NCBI GenBank assembly: GCA_963779415.1
Contig: CAVZYA010000002.1
Location: forward strand, 187,291 to 251,290
Reading direction: 5' to 3'
DNA: 64,000 nt
DNA from: an uncultured Acidobacteriota bacterium
Lineage (GTDB): Bacteria; Acidobacteriota; Thermoanaerobaculia; UBA5066
The translations under genes were made by a program, and so were the position numbers. This document shows positions 8,776-16,843 of this stretch, piece by piece. A model generated the notes under the pieces. That model was not told the DNA's origin. It searched no databases and saw only the letters and a program-made list of their open reading frames with translations. Positions within the stretch are counted from its first letter, which is position 1; each line of letters starts with the position of its first letter.

Positions 8776-11652
8776 ATGAGCCTTGCCACCGGCACCCGGC
8801 TGGGTTCCTACGAGATCCTCGCGCCTCTCGGCGCGGGAGGGATGGGGGACGTCTACCGGGCTCGGGACCGAAAGCTCGACCGCGACGTCGCGATCAAGGT
8901 TCTGTCCGAATCTCTTGCCCGGAATCCGGACGCCCTGGCTCGCTTCGAGCGCGAGGCGAAGGCCGTGGCGGCTCTCTCGCATCCGAACATCCTGGCGATC
9001 CACGACTTCGGAAGCGACGCGGGCGTCTCCTACGCCGTGACGGAACTGCTGGAGGGCCGAACGCTCCGCGACCGGCTCGACGCCGGACCGATTCCCCTCG
9101 AGCAGGCCCTCGACTACGCGCTCCAGATCACCCGGGGGCTCTCGGCCGCGCACGAGAAAGGGATCGTCCATCGCGACCTCAAGCCCGAAGACCTCTTCGT
9201 CACCGATGACGAGCACCTGAAGATCCTCGACTTCGGCCTCGCGAAGAGGACCGAAGAGGAAACGCCGGGCGACGAGACGAGCGCGCCGACGGTCCTGCGC
9301 CAGACGCAGCCCGGGACCGTGATGGGGACGGCAGGCTACATGTCGCCGGAGCAGGTGCGCGGCCGGCCGGTCGACCTCCGGTCGGACCTTTTCTCGTCCG
9401 GTGCGGTCCTCTACGAGCTGGTCTCAGGACGGCGGGCGTTCCGGCGTGACTCGGCGGCCGACACGATGTCCGCAATCCTCCGGGACGAGCCGCCGCCGCT
9501 CTCCGCGTCGGACCCGCCCGTTCCCGATGCCCTCGCCGACGTCGTCCGCCGCTGCCTCGAGAAGGAGCCCGCCCGACGCTACCAGAAGGCCTCGGAGATC
9601 AGCGCCGACCTCCGGCGGCTCGTCCGGGGCGACCGCCCCGCCGCATCCGCTCCGGGAGACGGGAGCCGCCCCGCGGAGTCCCGGCCGGCGGGCGTCCGTT
9701 CCGAACGCAGCGCCGTCGGCAGTGGAGGGCGGCGCCTTCTCCGCGGCGGGTTGATCGCGGCCGCCGCGGCTCTCGCGCTCGCCGTCGGCAGCTTCTGGAT
9801 CGGGTCGCGCCGGGCCCCGAAGCTGACCAGCAGGGACACGATCGTCATCGCCGACTTTGCCAACTCGACGGGCGAGAGCGCCTTCGACGGCAGCCTCCGG
9901 CAGGCCCTGACGATCCAGCTCGAGCAGTCGCCCTACCTGAAGCTCCTCTCCGCCCAGAGCGTCCGGTCAACCCTCAAGCTGATGAACCGGCCGCCCGACG
10001 CGCCGCTCAACGCCGAGGCGGCCAGGGAGGTCTGCCAGCGCAGCAACTGCAAGGCCGTCGTGTCCGGCACGATCGACCGGATCGGGAGCCACTACCTCAT
10101 CGGGCTTCGCGCGCTCGACGCGCAGAGCGGCGACGCCCTCGCCAGCGCCGAGGCGGAGGCGACCGGGCGGGACGACGTCCTGCGCCGGCTCGCGGGCGCC
10201 GCCAACGACGTGCGTACGAGGCTCGGCGAGACTCTCGCGTCCGTGCAACGCCACTCGACGCCGCTCGGCCAGGCGACCACGTCGTCGCTCGACGCGCTGA
10301 AGGCCTACACGGAAGGGGTCCGCGTCCAGTGGACGCAGGGCGACGCGGCCTCGATCCCCTTCCACCGGCGGGCCGTCGAGCTCGACCCGGAGTTCGCGCG
10401 CGCCTACGCCACCCTCGGCATGGCCTTGTCGAACGTGGGGCGGACGGACGAAGCGAGCGAGAACTTCACGAAGGCCTTCCGGCTCCGGAGCCGCGTCAGC
10501 GATGCCGAGCGCTTCTACATCGAGGCGACGTACTACGGCTACGTGACGGGAGAGCTGGAGAAGAGCAACGACGTCTACCGCCAGTGGATCGCCGTCTACC
10601 CCGAGGTCACGACGCCCTACGTGAACATGGCCGTCAATCTCATGCTGATGGGGCGGTACGACCTCGCGGCCGACGGGCTTCGGAAGGCGATCCGCGTGAA
10701 CGCCGAGTCGGGCGGAGGCCTCCTGAACCTCGTGGAATGCGAGGTCAGCCTCGGCAGGCTGGATGAGGCGAAGACGCTTTTCGCGCAGTCGGTCTCGAGG
10801 TTCCCCGGCTCGAGGTTTCTCCACCTTCAGGGGTACGAGATCGGCTTCCTCCTGCGGGACGACGCCCTGATGCAGCAGCAGCTCGACTGGGCGCGCGGCC
10901 GTCCCGGCGACGAGGCGGCGCTCCTCTGGGCGCACTCGGAGACCGCTGCCTCCCGCGGCCGGGAGGCGGAGGCCCGCGCCCTCGCCGAGAGCGCCGTGAG
11001 GCAGGCGAAGGCCGCCGAGAACGCGGAGCAGGCGGCCCAGATGACGGCCTGGCTGGGCCTGCGGGAAGCGGACCTTGGAAACGACGCGACGGCGCGCCGG
11101 CGTGCCCCGGAGGCTCTCGCGATCCGGGACGGCCGCGACGAGAGGGTCGCCGCCTCGCTCCTCCTCGTCCGCGCCGGAGACGCCGCCGGGGGGCTGAAGA
11201 TCGCAGACGGGCTCGACCGGCAGTTCCCCGCCGACACGATCCTCCAGAACTACTGGCTTCCCACGATCCGCGCGTCCGCTGCGCTGGCGGCGCACCGGCC
11301 GGAGGAGGCGCTCGCGGCGCTGGAGCGGACGAGGCCTTACGAGACGGGCGACCAGGGCTGGGGCCTTCTCTATCCGATCTACGTCCGCGGGCTCGCCGAC
11401 CTCGCGGCGAAGCGGCCGGAGCCGGCCGCTGCCGAATTCGGCCGGATGCTCGCGAATCCCGGGATCCTGAGGAACTCCCTTCTCCGGCCTCTCGCCGAGC
11501 TGCAGCGCGCCCGGGCACGGAGAATGAGCGGCGACGTCGAGGCGGCGCGGACGGGCTATCGGGCCTTCCTCGATGCCTGGGCGGGAGCCGATGGGGACCT
11601 CACGGCCTTGAAGGAAGCGAAGGCGGAACTCGCGGCGCTGCCACGGCCATGA
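8776..11652 (+). CDS. Hanks-type Ser/Thr protein kinase with a transmembrane helix, a TolB-N-like periplasmic domain and C-terminal TPR repeats
   Basis: LGAGGMGDVYRA ... AIKVL ... HRDLKPEDL ... DFGLAK ... GTAGYMSPE, then a TM segment and TPR-like helical repeats. Confidence 0.85.
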   Translation: MSLATGTRLGSYEILAPLGAGGMGDVYRARDRKLDRDVAIKVLSESLARNPDALARFEREAKAVAALSHPNILAIHDFGSDAGVSYAVTELLEGRTLRDRLDAGPIPLEQALDYALQITRGLSAAHEKGIVHRDLKPEDLFVTDDEHLKILDFGLAKRTEEETPGDETSAPTVLRQTQPGTVMGTAGYMSPEQVRGRPVDLRSDLFSSGAVLYELVSGRRAFRRDSAADTMSAILRDEPPPLSASDPPVPDALADVVRRCLEKEPARRYQKASEISADLRRLVRGDRPAASAPGDGSRPAESRPAGVRSERSAVGSGGRRLLRGGLIAAAAALALAVGSFWIGSRRAPKLTSRDTIVIADFANSTGESAFDGSLRQALTIQLEQSPYLKLLSAQSVRSTLKLMNRPPDAPLNAEAAREVCQRSNCKAVVSGTIDRIGSHYLIGLRALDAQSGDALASAEAEATGRDDVLRRLAGAANDVRTRLGETLASVQRHSTPLGQATTSSLDALKAYTEGVRVQWTQGDAASIPFHRRAVELDPEFARAYATLGMALSNVGRTDEASENFTKAFRLRSRVSDAERFYIEATYYGYVTGELEKSNDVYRQWIAVYPEVTTPYVNMAVNLMLMGRYDLAADGLRKAIRVNAESGGGLLNLVECEVSLGRLDEAKTLFAQSVSRFPGSRFLHLQGYEIGFLLRDDALMQQQLDWARGRPGDEAALLWAHSETAASRGREAEARALAESAVRQAKAAENAEQAAQMTAWLGLREADLGNDATARRRAPEALAIRDGRDERVAASLLLVRAGDAAGGLKIADGLDRQFPADTILQNYWLPTIRASAALAAHRPEEALAALERTRPYETGDQGWGLLYPIYVRGLADLAAKRPEPAAAEFGRMLANPGILRNSLLRPLAELQRARARRMSGDVEAARTGYRAFLDAWAGADGDLTALKEAKAELAALPRP

Positions 11653-11690
11653 CGGCGACGCGGCCACAGCCGGCAACCCATGATTCCCGC

Positions 11691-11912
11691 ATGAGGATCG
11701 CCGCGACTCTCCTTCTGGCCGCCGCGGTCGCGGCGCCGGCGCTCGCTCAAGCTACGATTTCGGATTCCGGAAGATCGACCTCTTCGTTCCCGGAAACTCC
11801 CTCGTCAATTTCCTCCCCGCCGAAAGTCCCGAGGCGGGAGTCAAGCGCCTCTTCGCCGAGCAGACGCTCCGGCCCCTCCCGCCCCATTGAGACCGTATCG
11901 CATCTTTGGTAG
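11691..11912 (+). pseudogene. Remnant paralog of the 8150 gene start: a signal-peptide-encoding 5' fragment followed by a Ser/Pro-rich low-complexity ORF
   Basis: nt 11676-11765 are ~85% identical to 8126-8215 (MRIAATLLLAAAVAAPALA vs MKIAATLLLAAAVAGTASA). There is no conserved domain downstream. Confidence 0.3.
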
Positions 11913-12071
11913 ATTCCCGCCCGACGTGAGGCGGCCCTGGCCGTTCCGGTTCCCTCAGAGCCCGAGTGACGAAGGCGTGCGCGCCGAGAGGCTCGCGACC
12001 CCGAACCCGGTGACGTGAGTCACACGATGCCAACCCTCCCCCTCGGCACGCGTCTATCCGTTTCCCGGAGG

Positions 12072-14069
12072 ATGAGTCTCATGATGATTTCGAGCCCAGG
12101 GGCGCGGTCGTTCTTCCTGGCGGCGGCACTCCTCTCGATCGCGGGGACCGTGACGGCCGCTCCGACCGGGCCCGCAGGGCCGAAGCCGCCGGACGCAAAC
12201 CCGGAAAAATGGCCCCGGAAGATCCAGCTCGGGGAGATGAAGGTGCTCCTCGACGCCCCGGAGGCCGAGAGCCTCGAGGGGACGTCGCTGAAGGCGCGCG
12301 GCCCGCTCCGGGTGGAGGGCCCGGGAGAGACCGAGCCGTCTTTCGGGACGATCTGGTACGAGGCCGACGTCGAGATCAACCGGGCCCGGCGGATCGTCAC
12401 CCTCGTCTCCGTCCGAGTCCCCCGAGTGCAACTGGAAGGCGCCCCTCCGGCCCGGCAGCAGAGGCTGGCCACCCGCCTCAGCCGGGCCGTGACCCGTCTC
12501 CGGCTGAAGCTGTCCCTTGACGACGTCCTCGCCTCGGCCCGGATGGCACCCCTCCGCGAGGGGGAGCCCGCGAAGCTCGGCACCTCGCCTCCGAAAATCC
12601 TCTTCGAGACCGAGCCGGCCATCCTGGTCCTCTTCGACGGCGAGCCGCGCTTCCGCACCGTCGAGGGAACCGGGCTGGAACGGGCTCTCAACACCCCGTT
12701 CCTCGTCCTGCGCGAGCCCTCCGGGAGCGCCTTCTACCTCGACGGAGGCACCGTCTGGTTCCGGGCCCCCGAGGCCGCGGGACCCTGGTCGAAAGCCGAC
12801 CACGTCCCGCAGGAGGCCACGGGAATCGCCCGGCAGGACCGGAACGAGGCCGGAATCCCCGAGAAGGACGTCGACGAGGCGAAGAAGACGGCAGGAAGCC
12901 GCCTCCCGAAGATCCTCGTGGCGACGGAGCCGACGGAGCTGATCGTTTCCGAGGGATCGCCGGAGTGGAAGGACGTGGTGACGGGCGAGCTCGCCGCGAT
13001 GAGCAACACCGAAAGCGACGTCTTCCGGACACTCCCGGATCACCGGTTCTGGGTCGTCCTCTCCGGACGCTGGTACCGGAGCGATTCTCTCGGCGGGAAT
13101 TGGACGTGGGTCGAGCCCGACCAGCTCCCCGAAAGCTTCCGCCGCATTCCTAAGGACTCCACCAAGGCCGCCGTCCTCGCCTTCGTTCCCGGCACCGCGA
13201 CTGCCCGGGAAGCCCTCAAGGACGTGAGCACCCCCCGCACGGCGGCGATCCGCCGGAAGGACGCCCACGTGACCGTGACGTACGACGGCGATCCGAGGTT
13301 CGAAGCCGTTCCGGGAACGCATCTGGAGTACGCCCTGAACAGCCCGGAGCAGGTTCTCCGTATCCGCGGTCGCTACTACGTCTGTGACCAGGGCGTCTGG
13401 TTCACGTCCGGCACGCCGGAGGGTCCGTGGCATGTCGCGGATTCGATCCCCGAGGAGGAGATCCGGACCATTCCGCCCGAGAGCCCCGCCTACAACACCC
13501 GCTTCGTCACCGTCTACGACTCGACTCCCGACACGGTTTACGTGGCGTACACGCCTGCCTATCTCGGCTCTTATCCCTGGTACGGCACGGTCGTCTTCGG
13601 GACGGGTTGGTACTACCGGCCCTGGTGGGGCGCGTTCTACTACCCCAGGCCCTGGACGTGGGGATTTCATCCCTGGTACAGGCCGTGGGGTGGCTGGGGG
13701 TTCGGTCTCGGCTGGGGGCCAGCGTGGGCCGGGTTCCGATTCGGCTTCGGGCTCGGCTGGGGGGCCCGGTGGTGCGGACCGGGCGCGTTCTACCGGGCCG
13801 GCCTCGTGGCGAACGTGAACCGGAACGTGACTGTCAACCGGAACGTCTACAACTCGGGGGCGAACCAGTCCCGCGCCATGACGACACAGACCGCCACGTC
13901 GAAGACCCCGACTTCGAAGTCCGCGAGCGCAAGAAGCGCCGGCTCGAAGAGCGGCGCCAAGGGCAAGGGCGCGGGAGCGACACCGCACGGAAAGGGGGGC
14001 GCGAACTCGAAGGGGGCTGTGGCGCACGCCGCGAAGGGGGGACACGCCCATGGTGGCGGCAAGAAGTGA
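12072..14069 (+). CDS. Secreted protein with three ~70-aa internal repeats, a Trp/Gly/Tyr/Pro-rich C-terminal segment and a Lys/Gly-rich basic tail
   Basis: Signal peptide MSLMMISSPGARSFFLAAALLSIAGTVTA. Repeats at aa ~190-260, ~300-370 and ~410-480 (TEPxxLxxxxGxPxF..V.GT.LEYALN...VLR...G.YY...G.WF.......GPW). 'WYYRPWWGAFYYPRPWTWGFHPWYRPWGGWGFGLGWG' resembles YXWGXW-type repeats. Confidence 0.6.
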   Translation: MSLMMISSPGARSFFLAAALLSIAGTVTAAPTGPAGPKPPDANPEKWPRKIQLGEMKVLLDAPEAESLEGTSLKARGPLRVEGPGETEPSFGTIWYEADVEINRARRIVTLVSVRVPRVQLEGAPPARQQRLATRLSRAVTRLRLKLSLDDVLASARMAPLREGEPAKLGTSPPKILFETEPAILVLFDGEPRFRTVEGTGLERALNTPFLVLREPSGSAFYLDGGTVWFRAPEAAGPWSKADHVPQEATGIARQDRNEAGIPEKDVDEAKKTAGSRLPKILVATEPTELIVSEGSPEWKDVVTGELAAMSNTESDVFRTLPDHRFWVVLSGRWYRSDSLGGNWTWVEPDQLPESFRRIPKDSTKAAVLAFVPGTATAREALKDVSTPRTAAIRRKDAHVTVTYDGDPRFEAVPGTHLEYALNSPEQVLRIRGRYYVCDQGVWFTSGTPEGPWHVADSIPEEEIRTIPPESPAYNTRFVTVYDSTPDTVYVAYTPAYLGSYPWYGTVVFGTGWYYRPWWGAFYYPRPWTWGFHPWYRPWGGWGFGLGWGPAWAGFRFGFGLGWGARWCGPGAFYRAGLVANVNRNVTVNRNVYNSGANQSRAMTTQTATSKTPTSKSASARSAGSKSGAKGKGAGATPHGKGGANSKGAVAHAAKGGHAHGGGKK

Positions 14070-14076
14070 GGCCGAG

Positions 14077-16843
14077 GTGAGACACGCTCTCGCGTCGGCG
14101 ACTCGGGCGATTCCGGCTCTGATTCTCTCGATCGCCGCGTCGCAGCCGGGAGGTGCGCAGCCGGGCGCAGAGGTCCCGCAAGCAGCTCTGGCCGGAAGTG
14201 CCTCGAAGCTCGTCCCGATCGTCCTGGACCTTACGGCGCGGAGCGAGCACTTCACCACCGAGTTGACTCTGGCCAACCGGGGAACGACGGCCGCCGCCGT
14301 GCAGCTCACCTACACGCCCGCGACGTCTCTCGGTGCCTCCGGCGGCGGCACGGCCGGCCTCTCCCTCTCTCCCGGCCAGCAATTCGTCGTCTCCGACGCC
14401 CTCGCCTTCCTCCGCAGCCAGGGGCTGCCGATCCCCACCCCCTCCGCCAGCCAGGGCGGCACGCTCCTCGTCTCCTTCACCGGCCTCTCCTCCTCGATGC
14501 CGCCTTCGTCGGCGCCCGGACGACGACCCCCTCCGGAGCCGGAAGAGCCGGCCTCGCCTACCCGGGCATCGATCTCTCCGCGGCCCCCACGGGCCCCTCC
14601 TACCTCTACGGCCTTCGCAGCTCGCCTACGGATCGCTCGAACCTGGCGCTGGTGAACGCCGGAAGCTCGCCCGTCACCCTCCGCGTCACCCTCTTCTCCG
14701 GAACCGCCGGCGACAGCCGCTCTTACGTCCTCTCCCCCGACACGACCCTCGGCCCCTGGCAGTGGACCCAGATCGACCACGTCCTCGACCTTGCCGGCTA
14801 CACCGACGGCTACGCGCGGTCGAGCTCGTCTCCGGGACCGGGCCCTACGTCGCCTACGCCGTCTTCAACGACGACACGACCAACGACGGCTCTTACGTCG
14901 CCGCGGAACCGGCCTCGATGCCTCCGGAGATGCGGCTCCTCCCGGTCCTTGTCGAGAGCGGCTCCTTCCAGAGCGAACTCGTCCTGACGAATCCGCTCTC
15001 CGTGCCGCAGACGGCCTCGCTGACGTTCGTCGAGTCTTCCTCGCCGACGCTGGGGACGGGCGGCAGCCTCACGCTCAGCTTTCTGCCGGGCGAGCAGAAG
15101 ATCATTCCCGGCGCTCTCGACTACCTTCGCCAACACGGGGTCTCGATCGGGCCCAAGGGATCGGCCACCTACGCCGGAACCCTTTCGGTCACGTTCCAGA
15201 GCGGGACGAGCGTCTCGACAGGGTTCGTCGGAGCGCGGACGGCGACTCCCGTCGGCGGAACGGGCCCAGGGGAGTATGGTCTCTTCTATCCGGGGACGGG
15301 CCCGAGCTTCGCCGCCCTGAATGAGGCCTGGGTCTACGGCCTCCAGCAGAACGCCGGGAACCGCTCGAACGTCGCCGTCGCGAATCTCGGGGATGCCGGA
15401 GATTCGATCATCTACCGGATCGACGTCTACGACGGCGATACCGGACAGCTCGCCGGATCGATCTCCCCGCCGACGCTGGCCCCCGGCGGCTGGGCACAGG
15501 TCGGCGCGATCCTCCGATCCTTCAACGTGTCGAACGGCTACGCGCACCTCGTCAAGCTCTCCGGCAACAGCCACTTCCTCGCCTACGGCGTCGTCAACGA
15601 CGGCGGGGCCCCCGGCGAGGGGACCTCCGACGGAAGCTACGTCGCGGGACAGGTCGTTCCGGCTCCCGTCGCCCTCACCTGGATCCCCGGCTCCTCCGTC
15701 AAGGTGGAGCAGCTCCTCGGCGACTGCGACTGGCCCGACCTGGAGCAGCGAAGCGTCTGCACGCCGACGGCCAGCCAGACGATCACGAAGAACGATGTCG
15801 AGGGGACGGACCTCGGCTACTCGTTCGAGACTCCGAACGGGCTCATGTTCCTCTTCGGCGACACGATCGGGACGAAAACGCTCTATCACGCGGGCGACAC
15901 GACGGCCCTGAGCCAATCGACGGACCCCGCGGGAAAGGTCCTTCTCGATTTCCTGACGAACAGCGACGGGAGCACGTACCTGATCAAGCCCCCGGGAGTC
16001 GCGATGGGGGCGGACGACGTTCCGGACTCCGGAATTACCCTGAGCGGCCAGATCTACATCCTCTGCAGCACGGGCTCGGACACCAGCCTTCCGAACCCTC
16101 ACGTCAACGATCAGCTGATCCTGACGAAATTCGACCCTTCGACGAAGAACATCACGACAGGGCGGACGATCTCGACGATGCCGGAAGGGCACTTCGTCAA
16201 CATCGCGCTCCACGCCTCGGGAACCGACGTCCTGATGTTCGGACTCGGGCTCTACCGGGCCACCGACCTCTACCTTGCGTCGGTTCCGGCGGCCTCCTTC
16301 GAGAGCGGAATCGGGACGCGCTATTTCGCCGGCCTCATCGACGGCCAGCCGACCTGGACCGACCAGGAGTCGGGCGCGGTCCCGATCGTGGTCGACAACC
16401 CGCTCGGCCACACGCCACCGGATCCCCCCACGATCGGAAACGTCTCCGTCGTCTACTCGCAGGACCTCGGCCTCTGGCTCATGACTTACGACGGAGGGCG
16501 CCAGACCGAGGCGACGAACGGCGTCTACTTCTCGTACGCGTCGAACCCGTGGGGGCCCTGGAGTCCGCCCCAGCTCATCTTCAATGCAAAACGAGACCAC
16601 GCCCTCGGGGTCTTCATCCACGATCCGAGCCTCGTTCCGGACGACCTTCTGGACGGGCCCACCATCAACCCGACGAACAACCCCCCGGCGACCACCCGGG
16701 GAGGCGTCTACGCGCCCTTTCAGATCGAGCGATTCACGACGGTCGTCGGCGACACGCTGACGATCACCTACACGATGTCGACCTGGAATCCCTACACCGT
16801 CGTCAGGATGCGGTCTGAATTCACGATCGCGCACGCGCCGTGA
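14077..16843 (+). pseudogene. Frameshifted paralog of the downstream gene. It encodes a secreted protein with two copies of the novel ~200-aa domain and a DUF4185-like C-terminal domain, and needs two -1 shifts to read through
   Basis: The reading frame moves from frame 1 (14050 ORF) to frame 0 (14652 ORF) to frame 2 (14333 ORF). Comparison with the nt sequence at 17270-17600 shows single-base deletions near 14494-14499 and 14815-14830. Confidence 0.6.

Noticed and set aside
15700-16843. Calling the C-terminal domains of the two paralogs DUF4185 with confidence.
   Set aside because: The assignment rests on remembered family features (beta-propeller, Asp-rich turns, 'GVYAPFQIERF'-type C-terminus) and not on a search. 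It is kept as tentative in the feature calls.
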